From: Eledone cirrhosa
Lineage: Eukaryota
Length of the DNA: 64,000 nt
Direction: 5' to 3'
Assembly: GCA_964016885.1 (NCBI GenBank)
Contig: OZ024743.1
Location: 87,296,001-87,360,000 of the forward strand
The position numbers were made by a program, and so were the translations under genes. Numbering within the stretch: the first letter of the stretch is position 1; every line of letters starts with the position of its first letter. Below the pieces are notes generated by a model. The model did no database searches, had not been told where the DNA came from, and worked only from the letters and a program-made list of their open reading frames with translations. Below are positions 1 through 12,621 of the stretch, piece after piece.

Positions 1-443
1 GTTCTCCAATTGAAGTACACTGACAAGATCTGATGGTGTGCCACCTGAACAAAAATTCAAGATAATACAAGTTGTTGTATAGTCACATGACAATTGTTCT
101 CAAACAGATATTAAAGTCAAAAGTGTTTGAACCATGACCACACCAGCTTCTTTTCAGACACTGTGTATCTGGGACTACAATATTGAATGTGTTCAATTTT
201 GGGGGCACTGACTGTAATATTTGGGGATAATTTTGATGGGGTGACATAGAAAAGAAATATAAAAGATACAAAGTCATCACATCTGTTGTTGTTGTATAGC
301 CAGAGAATAGCCTAGATTGAACAGACAATAAAATTAAAAGACTTCTAGCCAAATCTATCAGCTTTTTTTCAGGCACAGTGTATCTGGGACTACATTATTG
401 ATTGTGTTCAATACTTTTTTTAATGAATGATTAAAGGCAATTT

Positions 444-560
444 AGGGCAGTGGATTAAATGTCTCAATATTTATTCTAGTTCTCTGTACTCTGAGTTCAA
501 ATCCAGGCAAGGTTAACTTTGGCTTTCATCCTGAAGTTGATAAATAAAATACCAGTCCAG
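444..560 (+). mobile_element. tRNA-derived SINE (family A), degenerate
   Basis: B-box-like GAGTTCAAATCC followed by the family motif GGCTTTCATCC...GATAAATAAAATACCAG shared with many copies in the window. Confidence 0.6.
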
Positions 561-1559
561 GGTAGATAGATTAGTAGATTAGTTAAAGAGTTCAATGGGT
601 AGCTTTGTAGTATTTCATTTGGCTCTGTGCAATCTCAGCCCAAATTCTGCATCTATGTGTCAGAAGTTGCTATCAGCAGATAGCATCAGCAACATGTGAG
701 GTGGGGTGGCTGTTGCAGCAAGTGTCACATTGTCCACAAGAATGTTTATGCAGTCTTGTCCGCAGGGCACAGCCCCATTACCACCGTGCCCTATCCCCAG
801 AGCCCAATCACCCTCCCGCTTCTCCCGTGACTCTAGAGCCCTTGCCTTTCCCTTCCTTTTCCGTTTTTTATATTTTCTTATTTTACATTTTCTTCTCTTT
901 GACGAAATATTAAATTCTTTATTTTTATGTAATTTCATCCTTGAAGTATATGTGAGTATTTTAAAATAAAATAATTTGAAATAGTGTTAGCTGTTGAGCG
1001 TTGTTAGCAAAGATAACTTTTTCCAACTGCCCCCAATAACAGAGGCCTTGAAAAGGAGACATAAGTGTTAACTATTCCGCTTCTGACTTACACCAATAAA
1101 AAAACAAAATGACTAAACTGAATCTATTTGTAGTTGTTAATTTACTAACATACAATAGTATATAGGTTTCAAATTCCAGAAAAGTTGTAAACAAGTTGAA
1201 AGGTGTGTTGAATATTAACAATGGTGGGTGAAAGAAAACTGTAATAAGAAGGTCAGGGTTTTTTATTGACAATGAACAATAACAATAAGAAGTATGACTG
1301 GGTTTGGTGGCATTTCATTGACAAACTTCTATTGATAAAACAACAGTAATATGATCATAATAATAATAAGAATTTCTTTATTTTTTTCAAAGGGTCCACT
1401 TCAAGAAAAATATTATGACAGTATAGGACGAAAACATAGTGTGTGTTTGTGTGTGGGTTTTGCATGTAAACAAATTTTAACAATGTTAAAAAAAAGATAA
1501 TAAAATTAAAACAAAGAAGGTTCCTCAATAGTGAGGAGACGTTCGAGGGTCATTCGTGG

Positions 1560-1918
1560 AAAAAAAACCCTAAAACCATGGGTGTCTGATCTTTAGGGCA
1601 ACTGCCCTGTCCCAGTTGTACTCTTCCAATCTCCAGGCTTACACTCAGAGTGGGCCCATTCACTCAGACCATGCTCAATTCTCTCACCCACCTTTCAACA
1701 AATTGCTTTGAAGGCAGCACTTCTCTCTCTACCCTTATTTTCCTCCTCAAGTGGAATCTGAAGAAGTTAATCAGGGCTTCTCCAAAAAGGAAAGTGTTCG
1801 TCTTCAACCTTTCAAGTTTGTCAACCATACAACCTCTTTTGCCATGACCACAAGACAGATAAATAATGGTTTTAGATTTAGACACAAAGTCAACACTTTT
1901 AGAGAAGGGGAAAGTCAA
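1560..1918 (-). pseudogene. Possible L1/Tx1-like LINE ORF2 C-terminal fragment
   Basis: ORF 1664-1918 ends FFRFHLRRKIRVERE..FVERW, resembling Tx1-type ORF2 termini; no catalytic motif visible. Confidence 0.35.
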
Positions 1919-1934
1919 TTGAATCGACCTCAGT

Positions 1935-2055
1935 GCATGACTGGTATTTTATTTTATTGACCCTGTAAGGATGAAAGGTGAAATAGACCTTAGCGGGATT
2001 TGAACTCAGACCGTAAAGGAACATAACTCTATACCGCAAAGCAGGGTGTCCGACA
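1935..2055 (-). mobile_element. SINE family A copy
   Basis: ACTGGTATTTTATTTTATTGACCCTGTAAGGATGAAAGG...GGGATTTGAACTCAG is the reverse complement of the family A body and B box. Confidence 0.75.
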
Positions 2056-2098
2056 ATAATAATGGTTGCTGATTTAGGCATATATATATATATTTATA

Positions 2099-2440
2099 TC
2101 ATCATCATCGTTTAACGTCCATTTTCCACACTAGCATTGGTTAGACGGGAGTTATCCCACTTGAGGCAAGGCTGGTCGGGTGACCATGTCTCGCTCATAT
2201 AGAACTATTTGGAAGGTTTTCTACGGCTGGATGCCCTTCCTAACACCAACCACATTTACAGTGTGGAACTGGGAACTTTTTACCGTGTTACCTACATGGC
2301 CACATTACAGCGTGGACTGTGTTTTTTTTATCGTGACACCTACAAGATCTCGATCTCATTATCTCATTTATTTGGACTGGATGTTGTGGTACCAACTTTA
2401 CAGAGAGAGGGTGGTGTTGGTGGGACTGGGAGGATAGGGT
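2099..2440 (-). mobile_element. RTE-tailed short element (family B), homologous to 10900-11371
   Basis: (CAT)n tail at left, GGATGCCCTTCCTAACACCAACC core and 47-bp units; inverted match to the region after the RTE stop codon. Confidence 0.75.
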
Positions 2441-2508
2441 AGGGGTAGTGGATTGGGGTGTATATTTGGTTAAGAGGTGCATATATATATGATTATAGTG
2501 TATATATA

Positions 2509-2572
2509 CAGGGTGATACACACTTCAACAACATTCTAATCAAAGTATGTATACATTTTGGGGGACACCCTG
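2509..2572. mobile_element. Tiny Tc1/mariner-type MITE remnant
   Basis: TA-CAGGGTG...CACCCTG-TA: 7-bp terminal inverted repeats with TA on both sides. Confidence 0.45.
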
Positions 2573-3889
2573 TATAGTTATATACTTATATATACCAAAC
2601 CTCCTGAAATTACTCTTGGTTCTACAATACAAAACTGTGTCCTAAAAATGTTCTCTCCTAATTCTATATATGAAAGAACCTTTGTTAAGTTACGATCCAA
2701 CATAAATAATTAGAGACTTAGTTATATCACTAAATCCCTTCACAATTTTTGTTATTATTTTCAAAATTATTTGAAAACAATAGGCAGTGTTTTACATTAG
2801 AAATATGGTAATGAAAGGGTTAATGAAGAAGCTTCAATATGAGCACTTGACCTGCTAGAAATGGCAGTTAAATAATTAATGATTTTATTCCACGTTATAA
2901 AATAAAATTACAGAAAATAAATCGATTCACAGTTGTATAAATAACATTAGAAAGAAAAAAGAAAAAGAAAAGTAAAAAAAGATAAAAAAGAAAACCAAGC
3001 AAGGAACAGAGGGGAAGGGTAAAAAAGGGCAGATCTGACTGTGTAGGGAAGTAGGAGAAAGGGCTATAAATGCCATAAATGAGAGGAAAAACAGGGGAAA
3101 AGCAAGAACTATGAGGCTACGGAAGGGAGGCGAAAGGGGAGAGGGTGATCGGCTCTATGCCTGGGGCGGGGCGGTGTGTGGGCCTCTTAAAAAAACTTTG
3201 AAGGATCCATTGTTTACTTTAGTCCAAAGTACAATATACCTGAATACAAAAAGACAGGATGGTCATACCTAGGAAACCACCACTACCACCAACAACAACA
3301 ACGACGACTTTAAGAAGCAATGAGACAGTCTCTACACGGTTAGAAATATCAGCCAAATCTCCCTTAAATCCCACCCTGCCATAAAAAGAGGAGAAAAAGA
3401 AAAAAAGAAGAAAAAGAAAGAAACGGAGCAGTTGATAATGAAGGTCTTAAAGGAGTAGAATGGCTGGCCATGGTAGGAATGCCGTTTGTTATAAAAGCTG
3501 ACATAGGAATTAACAACAACGACGAAAGTAAATGTGTAGAACTTACCGTAAACATGATGTTTGGTATATATATTAATATATAATAAATATGTAACGGGCA
3601 TATATATATCCATGTGTGTCTAAATAGAAATGTATGTATGCTATTGTTATTTAATAAGGAGGAGGAGAAAAATACAGAGAAAATATCGATATGGCCGATA
3701 TAACTGTGAATGACATAACAGCTGGATGGTGTTTAAATAAGACATTTATATGAAGTGACTTACAGAGGACTCAGTGACTTAGTTTTATAGATAATTTAGG
3801 TAGACCTACTTCTCACCATCGACTATCTGCCTAGCTCAGCTAATGAGATACAAGTTCTACACGCTTGTAGTTTAAACGTCCACAATCTC

Positions 3890-4050
3890 GACCTGCTAGA
3901 AATAGCAGCCAAATAGAGGTTCTGCATGCCCAAACTGCTAGAAATAGCAGCCAAATTAGAGGTTCTACGCGTTTGTAGCTCAACCTGCTAAAAATAGCAG
4001 CCAAATTAGAGGTTCTAAATGCTCGACATGCTAAAAATAGCAGCCAAGTT
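3890..4050 (+). repeat. Imperfect tandem repeat, about 4 x 42-50 bp
   Basis: Unit CTGCTAGAAATAGCAGCCAAATTAGAGGTTCT; single copies of the motif also near 2850, 3340, 6760 and 50010 (reverse). Confidence 0.8.
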
Positions 4051-4804
4051 GCCTTCAAATCACACACCCTACCATCTTAACCATTTGATGACCACCTTGC
4101 TTTTTTGTATTCAGATATAGTTTATAGAGGACTACATTAATTAATGTATCCTTCACATACTAAAATAAAAACTACGATGAGGGATATCATACTGTTAAGT
4201 CAAGGGATCATATTGAGGTTTCTTCATTAACCCTTTAGTTATCATCATTTAACCTCTGCTTTCCCTGCCAGGAAGGGTTGAACAGGTCTTCACAGACTGA
4301 GTCAGTACTGAAGGGGTTCCACTGACCTCCCATACAGGCTAGGAGTTAGCATCTCACTTACATACGGTCCCACGTTCTACCAAGTGCATTTTATCACGGC
4401 ACTAACACTAGGAACGTTGTCATGTCTTTGACACAACTGAAGGGGTCTCACTTTGTTTGGCTAGCTAGCTATAACTATATTTCTAATAAAATACACTGTA
4501 TTTGAATTGTTTAATGAAGAATTTAAAAGAATTTACCAACATTATTCATTATTAAGATGGTGTTTGTCACATAACATAATATCAAGTTATGTCAAATTCT
4601 GTTGGAAGATTTTAATTTCAATAGGAACATTTCTAAATGGGTAGTTTTGTTTCATAGAACCAGAGACGGTTTTGGGTGGGTTGGTATAAGAAATAAAAAA
4701 CGTTAATCAATTTGTTACCATAACAGGAAAGGAAAACTGTATGTAGTAGATGTTCAGGGAAAATTCATAATAAAAGTGTCAGTGATAGGCACATTTTTAA
4801 AATG

Positions 4805-5440
4805 TAGGTAGGATCTATAGAGGTGGTTGCTAGCTTCTGATATCTAGGTGATGAAATTAGCAAGAGAGGAGGATGCTTTGAGGCCATAGTATCTAGAATA
4901 AGGACAGGGTGGAAGAAGTTTAGGGAGCTGCTTCCTCTGTTGATAATAAAGGGTTTCTCTCTGCGAATGAAAGGTTGGTTGTATGATGCCTGTGTGAGAT
5001 GCGCGATGCTGCATAGTAGTGAGTCATGGGCAGTAAATGCAGAGGATATGCAAAGGTTGGAGAAAAAAGAAGCAAGCATGCTCAGATGGATGTGGAATGT
5101 CAATGTGCGTGAACAGCCAAGCATGGATGAGTTGAGAGAGAAACTGTGTATAAGAGGAATAAACTGTAATGTGCGGGAGAGAAGACTGCGTTGGTATGGA
5201 CATGCGATGCGCATGGATGATGATTGCTAGGTGAAGAAGTGCCAAGTAATCCCAGTGAAAGGAAGACGCAGTAGAGGAAGACCATGGAAAACATAGGCAG
5301 AGGTGGTGAGAGTTGACCTCAGATCGCTCAACCTCACAGAGATGACAAAAGAACCATGACAAATGTAGAGATGCTGTACTAAAGATACCTGTCCTATCCT
5401 TGCAAACAGGGAAAAGCAGATGCAAAATGATGATGATGAT
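4805..5440 (+). mobile_element. 5'-truncated RTE LINE 3' fragment, same family as 7.5-11.4 kb
   Basis: Translation KGFSLRMKGWLYDACVR..RERRLRWYGHAMRM matches the C-terminus of ORF 8407-10857; ends in (GAT)n. Confidence 0.9.
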
Positions 5441-5589
5441 ATATATGTCACAGGTTCAATCAGGGGTAACCACAGTTAGTAACCACATTAGAAGAGTGTG
5501 GATGTGTTATTACACACCAAGTCAGTACATAATCGGAGCTACTGTCCAATTTGATAGGTTAAGGGGATCATATCTCAATGAGATATATT

Positions 5590-5915
5590 CCATTTTGGCA
5601 TGGTTTCTACAGTTGGATACACTTCCAGTAAAATGCACCCAGTACACTGAGTGCATTTTACTGTGGCAACAGATCTACAGAAGTTGTCAGGTCCTTTTGG
5701 CATGGTTTCTACATTTGGATGCCTTTCGTAATGCCTTTACAGAGTGTACTGGAAACACTTTATCTTGGCACCAATACTAGGGTGGTTGTTGTGTCCTTAG
5801 TGCAACTAAAAAGTCCTCTCTAGCGTATTGGTATAATTGCTACAGCTGGATGCCCTTCCTTCTGTCAACTACTTTACAGAGCATACTGGGTGTATTCTAT
5901 TGTGGTATCAGCACT
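5590..5915 (-). repeat. Three diverged tandem copies of the family B core
   Basis: TTTCTACAGTTGGATAC.. / TTTCTACATTTGGATGCC.. / CTACAGCTGGATGCCCTTCC at roughly 100-130 bp spacing. Confidence 0.55.
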
Positions 5916-6007
5916 GTCAGAATAAAAGGTGAGAAGGTCACTTCTAGAATGACATAGATCTTCTCAATCAAGGATGAACAGGAGGCTAAACAACAGCAAT
6001 ATCTATC

Positions 6008-6145
6008 TGGTATGTGGCCTAGTGGTTAGAGTGTTGGACTCATAATCATAAGATTGTAGATTAGATTCTTGAATTGGGAAATGCATTGTCTTCTTCAGCA
6101 AGATACTTCATTTCATCTTGCTCCAGTCAACTCAGTTGAAAAAGA
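6008..6145 (+). mobile_element. tRNA-derived SINE with MIR/CORE-like body
   Basis: A-box TGGCCTAGTGG, tRNA-like head, then AGCAAGATACTT..TTGCTCCAGTCAACTCAG; reverse copy at about 49410-49490. Confidence 0.55.
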
Positions 6146-7479
6146 ATTGAGTAATAATATAAGTATCTGGGGTTTAATCCTTGTAAGACACTAGCACCTT
6201 GTCCAAGGGGAAGTATTTTCATAATACTTGAAAACCTAAGAAACCTTTTTTGAGAGGCCAACTAAATTTACATAGGCATGAAGTATAACAACAACATGAT
6301 AGAACTAGGGCTTCTATCATAAAAATAGTCAAGAAACCTCCTATGAGATGCTACCATGTAGGAGGTTTGCTAAACATACATAGGTGTGAGTTGCAACAAT
6401 AGAATCTGACTACAAGACAAGGTAGCTTCTATTTGGTTGTTCAATCATCTAGCTATAACAACTAAACTCCATCAAATCACACCCTACTGACCTAAAAAGG
6501 GAAGGCCACCTCATTATAACCATATAGTATAACCCTAGATATACATAAAATTTCACATGGCTAAAGTTAGAAAGCCATTCATGATAAGTTTCTCAATAAA
6601 AGCTTCCCTGGGACTCAACCATAAATTATACACATACACACACATAATGATTAAAAAATTAACACTTTTATGAAGAGAATTTAGAATTGGATAAATAATG
6701 TATGACCTTTGATACAGCCAGTAAACCACGAAGCCCATCAGCAATTAGTCTGGAACTAGCTGTTGAAATAGCAAGAGCTCAGCCCTCAGGTCCTGACTCT
6801 TTATAATATAACCATACTCTACTACCCCAAGTATCAAGTACACTGATGAGTAATGGTCTAACCACTTTCAAACAGAATCCATCCCAATACATATATATAT
6901 ATATGCTTATGGACCTGTGCTGTAAATAGTGCATACAAAGGTGTTGAATGGATTTGATTTTTAGAATCCTTGATTGGTGTGCCATATATACCAGGATTAC
7001 ATACAAACTGGGAAATTAGTGTTTTGGTAAATTTATAGTTTGCATTAAAAAAAAACCAAAATGTTTTTGACAACATCCATTGGAAAACTCTATATAAGAT
7101 AAAGGGTCGTTTTGGAAGCCTCTACACTGCAAATGGGTAAATCTCTGAGTAACAAAATAGGGTGACAGTAGGAAGAAGGGAAAAATAGAAAGAAACATAA
7201 AAAAAACATAAAAAGAAAACCAGAGATGGAGTTACCTTGGAATAGATTTAACTCCATCTCTGGTTTTCTTTTTACACCTTTTCATGTCTCTTTTTACATT
7301 TCTTTCTACATTCATTTCAATGACTGTTCTATGTCCTAATTTCACACTATATCATATTTTCACCATTCTATCATTCTATATCATATTTTTTCTCTAAAAA
7401 TCATATTTTCCCTATCACCGCATTTTCTCTATCGTATTTTCTTAAACAAAACAAATCTTGTATTTTCGTTTATTGTTAA

Positions 7480-10400
7480 ATTATGCCCAAAATACGGCGA
7501 TCTTATCTTAAACCTTACATTCTCGCTAACAACACATCATCCCTCCCACCCTCCCCCACGCACCACCATTATTACGTGGACCAATCATAAGTCAGAAGCC
7601 CATACTATCGCCTAGCTGGTTGCTTTTCGATATGATGGATGGACTACGGAATTCTGGAGAGTTGAAGAGAGAAAAATGTGGACGCTCAGCGACAATGCCA
7701 AAGATAAAGACAAATTCACCTCGTGGACGAGAATGCAAGCACTCCGCCTTGTTTCGGCCCAGGATGGCTAACATAACCCCCCCCCCCCCCCCGCGCCCCA
7801 CCCCTCCCACCCTCCAAACGCAATCCAAAACTTCAGAGTTGGTACCATGAATGTAGTCACCTTAAAGGGTCGCTCTAACGAGGTTGTAGAAATGCTTGAA
7901 TGTAAGGAGGTCGTATTCAAGAGACCAGGTGGAGGGGAGGGTCGGCTAGATTCATCGTGGGTAAAGAACGATGCTATAAGCTTTTCTGGGTGGGAAATGA
8001 CAATGGGTTGGGTGGGGTAGGAATCATGGTAGCAGAAAAGTGGGCAGATAAGATAATAGACGTAAATAGAGTGAACGACAGAATAATTAAAATAAGACTT
8101 GTCCTCAATAAAACTACGGTGACAGTAATATCTGCGTACGCACCACAATCCGGACTGCCCGGTGCTATAAAAGACAGATTCTACGAGACACTGATGCTCG
8201 CTACCTCCCAAATAACCGACAGTGACTATATAGTTATTGCAGGCGACCTAAATGGTCACGTTGGACAGCATTGTGACGGCTATGATGGAATCCATGGAGG
8301 CTATGGGTTCGGTACTAGAAATGAGGAAGGCTCCAGAATCCTGGAATTCTGCGACGCAAATAACTGAACTATCTGTAACACTAACTTCAAAAAACGAGAC
8401 AATCACTTGATCACCTATAGATCGGGGGAACACACAAGCCAGGTAGATTATATCCTTACCAGAAGACGTGACAGAGTGTCTGTTGTTAACACTAAATCCC
8501 TCCCCCATGAAGAATTCACCTCCCAACATAGACTGATAATTAGCGACCTCATAGTCAGGACGAGACGTACTAGACAGCGGAAGAGGACTATCCTCAGGAG
8601 AAAAATATGGAAGCTAAAGGACCCCATAGCCAGAAATAAATTTCAAAGCATATTACTTGACGCTTTCGACAGTAAGGAAGAGCAATTAGAGTCGTATAAT
8701 ATAGAGGAACAGTGGGAATTCCTGAGAGCAAACCTGCTGACGGCGGCAGACGAAGTCTGTGGCTGGAGCAGGCCTGTAGGTAGGAGGAGAGTAACATGGT
8801 GGTGGAACAGTAAGGTGGAGGAGTCAATTAAGGCCAAAAAGCAGGCTTGGAAAGCATGGCGGGATGGGGGAAGTAGAGAAGACTATCAGGTGGCCAGGAG
8901 GGAAGCTAGGAGACAAGTGTACTTCGCAAGAAGGGAAGCAGAGGAAAGAAAGTTCAAGCATGTTCTACAACGTGAGGACCAAAAACGTGAGGTGTTCAGG
9001 ATTGCCAGGCAATGTGTCAAGGAAAACCGTGATATTGTCGGGGAGAAGTGTGTGCTTAACGATGATGGCATACTTGCCATCACCGACGCTGATAAGAAGG
9101 TAGCTTGGAAGTGTCACTACGAAAGGCTTCTAAATGAGGAGAACAAATGGGAGAAAGACAGTCTCCCCCACATCGACCCAATAGAGGGACCAGCAGTGTT
9201 AGTCCAGGGTAGTACAATAAGCAAGGCAATCAAAGATATGAAGACGGGTAAGGCGGCTGGTCCTTCGGAAATAGTTGCTGAGATGCTGAAGGCATCTGGT
9301 TCGGTGGGACACACCATGGTCACCCGGATAGTTAACCAAGTCGTACAGAATGGGGTTGTTCCGAAGGACTGGCGTAGCAGCATCATCGTTAACTGCTATA
9401 AGGGAAAAGGAGATGCCCTAGATAGGAGTAACTATAGAGGCATTAAATTAATCGACCAGGTCATGAAGGTCACGGAAAAAGTAATAGCGCAACTAATCAG
9501 AGAGAGAATTGATCTAGATGAAATGCAGTTCGGGTTTGTGTCAGGTAAAAGTACCACAGACGCTCTTTTCATTGTACGACAACTACAGGAGAAGTACCTA
9601 GCTAAAAGTAAACCCCTATACTTAGCTTTCGTCGACTTGGAGAAAGCCTTCGACAGAGTCCCCCGTTCCATTATCTGGTGGTCTCTTAGAAAACTAGGTG
9701 TTGACGAATGGCTTGTGAGAGCTATACAAGCCATGTATAAAGAAACAGTCAGTAAGGTTAGAATTAACAACGAATATAGTGAAGAGTTTAGCGTAAAAGT
9801 TGGTGTCCATCAGGGCTCTGTTCTTAGCCCCCTACTATTTATTATTGCCCTTCAGGCTATAACAGAGGAGTTCAAGACCGGCTGCCCATGGGAACTCCTA
9901 TACGCAGATGATCTAACGCTCATAGCTGAATCAATGACCGAACTAGAGAAGAAATTCCAAACATGGAAGCACGGCCTAGAATCAAAAGGCCTTAAAATTA
10001 ACCTGGCTAAGACAAAAGTTCTAGTTTGTAGGAAAGAAAATATGGCGGCAGTCCCATCTGGGAAATGGCCATGCTCAGTGTGTAGGAAAGGCGTAGGTAG
10101 AAACTCCATTTTATGTCCCAAATGCAAAGTATGGGTGCATAAAAGATGTAGTGGGATCACAGGTAAGCTAACTAAGAACATAGATTTTACATGTGGCCGG
10201 TGCTCTGGTGCAATAAGTAGCAGCAAGTGCCCACAAAATACTAGCTCCTTCAACTGCGCAGAGGGTTCTATAGAAATAGTGGACAGCTTCCGTTACCTGG
10301 GTGACAAAATCAGCAGTGGGGGAGGGTGCTCTGAAAGTACAGTAGCTAGAGTCAGAACTGGATGGAAAAAGTTCAGAGAGCTTATACCACTATTAGCCGC

Positions 10401-11341
10401 TAGAGGGTTCTCCCTAAAAATGAAAGGCAGGTTATACGATGCCTGCATACGAACAGCAATGCTGCATGGCAGTGAGACCTGGGCATTGTGTGCAGAGGAT
10501 ATACGCAGACTAGAGAGGAACGAAGCTTGCATGCTCCGCTGGATGTGCAATAGTAATATACGTGAACGGCAAAGCATAAACGAACTAAGGAAAAAATTAG
10601 AAATAAGAGGGATCAGATGTTGTTTACTCGAGAGAAGGCTACGTTGGTACGGTCACGTGATGCGCATGAAAGACGACAGCTGTATAACAAAGTGCAGGGC
10701 AATAAAGATAGACGGTAGCCACGGAGTAGGCAGACCCAGAAAAACATGGGACGAGCTGATAAATTCCGACCTCACACGCTTACACCTCTCCAAGACAATG
10801 TCACTGGACCGAGACCTTTGGCGGTACTCAGTAATAGAGAAGACCCGCCTTACCTAAATACAAAGTAAAAACCTACTACAGTCAGTAGGCATCTCTATCA
10901 AAACACCCCCCGTCCCACCACCTCCACCCCATCCACACCGCCCCTTTTAATGTACAGTTATGTTGGTCCCACAACATCCAGGCCGAAACAAATGAGATCG
11001 TGTAGGTGTCACGACAAAAATACACACAGTCCACGCTGTAAATGTGGCCGTGTAGGCAACACAGTAAAAACCTCCCAGCCCCACACTGTAAATGTGGTTG
11101 GTGTTAGGAAGGGCATCCAGCTGTAGAAAACCCGCCAGACAGTCCACGCTGTAATGTGGCCGTGTAGGCAACACGGTAAAAACCTCCCAGCCCCACACTG
11201 TAAATGTGGTTGGTGTTAGGAAGGGCATCCAACTGTAGAAAACCCGCCAGACAGTCCTATGCGAGCAAGACAACCACTCTTGCCTCAAGTGGGAAAACCC
11301 CCGTCCAAACCCATGCAAGCGTGGAACACGGACGCTAAACC

Positions 11342-11371
<30 letters not shown>
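7480..11371 (+). mobile_element. Near full-length RTE-clade non-LTR retrotransposon with extended 3' region and (GAT)n tail
   Basis: APE endonuclease (GTMNV, IQET, SAYAP, GDLNGH, VDYIL), RT (FVDLEKAFD, GVHQGSVLSP, YADD), RTE C-terminus (RRLRWYGHV..GRPRKTW); 5' boundary uncertain. Confidence 0.9.
7764..10857 (+). pseudogene. RTE APE-RT-PHD polyprotein, disrupted by a frameshift/deletion near 7910 and a TGA at 8365-8367
   Basis: ORFs 7957-8367 and 8407-10857 are in the same frame; the N-terminal GTMNV motif is in another frame; C4HC3 finger at 10072-10203. Confidence 0.9.
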
Positions 11372-11374
<3 letters not shown>

Positions 11375-11594
11375 CTTTTCCTTCTTCCTAGTATCACCTG
11401 GTTTTGTTACCCAAAGATTTATCCATCTGCATTGTAGAGGCTTCCAAAACAACCAGTTTTCATATTCCACAATGTTTCAAGCAAACAAACACTTTATAGA
11501 AGATTGCTGAAGCCTGTGGTATCCCCAAACGGTACCCCAAAGTTTTCAAGTCTTTATGAAAACTCCAGCTAATGTTAGAACAGATTCTGGTCAT

Positions 11595-11770
11595 AATTGT
11601 TTCTATTTTAGACAAGGCCAGCAATTACCCAGTACATTACTGGTACTTTATTTGATTGACCCCGTAAGGATGAAAGGCAAAGTTAACCTCGGCAGGATTT
11701 GAACTTAGATCATAAAGGGGCGTAACTCTATGCTTCAAAGCATGGTGTCCGACTCTCTACCGATTGGTCA
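11595..11770 (-). mobile_element. SINE family A copy
   Basis: Full body including GACCCCGTAAGGATGAAAGGCAAAGTTAACCTCGGCAGGATTTGAAC. Confidence 0.8.
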
Positions 11771-12284
11771 TAATGACAACTGGTGTCTGCTAGGGTTGCA
11801 TACTCTCACTCTTTCTATTTCTATAAGCAGTTGACTTTGTAATGAAGGTGACAAATGGCAGCATTTCAATATAGAAATGGCTTCTACAGGACTAGAACTG
11901 TTTCATTCAAATTTTTATATTAAACTTGATGTTTATACTCTACTAATGTATTGAGTACCTTACTAACTGTGGTTATCTCCGACTGATTCCGGGACTCAGA
12001 GAGAGAGAAAGAGTTCTCTGATGAATCTACAAACAGAGATGAAACTAGTTAGGAAACAATGGCAACTTTTTCTACTCACAGAGAGGTATAAACAATTGCT
12101 TACACTTTGCAGTGATACTTTCTCAAGCACTAACCTTGCGAAATCAGCATCAGACTCAGGCTTTGTTGGTCAACAAGCTGAAGATCATAACCTATCAAAG
12201 TTCTGGCCAATCTTTGATTGTCCGGTACTTTGATAGGTTTATCATTAAACCCATAGCAGTAGTAACATCTTGTGTACTTCATGG

Positions 12285-12478
12285 GTCCCTAACCCACCTC
12301 CCTACTTACTGTGAGTGGGATGGAGATGGGGCATCCTAAGTCCCTAAACCAGCTCCCTACTAACTGTGATTGGGATGGCGATGAGGCATCCTGGGTCCTC
12401 AAACCACCTCCCTACTAACTGTAATTGGGAGGCATCCTGGGTCCTCAAACCACCTCCCTACTACTATGATTAGGATGG
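12285..12478. repeat. Minisatellite, about 4 x 55 bp
   Basis: Unit AAACCACCTCCCTACTAACTGTGATTGGGATGG..GGCATCCTGGGTCC. Confidence 0.85.
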
Positions 12479-12621
12479 AAATTCTGCTAGAATAGACCCT
12501 GGCTCTTTCAACACATCTTCACCCTGCTCCGATATAACACATCTGTAGTTCAATCCACTGGGACCATAAGGTAACACCCATTTGATATTTTGCAAAGGAC
12601 ATGAGATGACAGTATTACCAA

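Noticed and set aside
6008-6080. Functional tRNA gene
   Set aside because: Degenerate B box and continuation into a SINE body. The 16524 match is only an 18-nt PBS.
7518-7775. HDV-like ribozyme at the RTE 5' end (TTC-ACCTCGT-GGA, CATTCTCG/CGAGAATG, GGCTAAC)
   Set aside because: P1- and P3-like pairings exist, but I could not find P2 or P1.1. A structured motif search would settle it.
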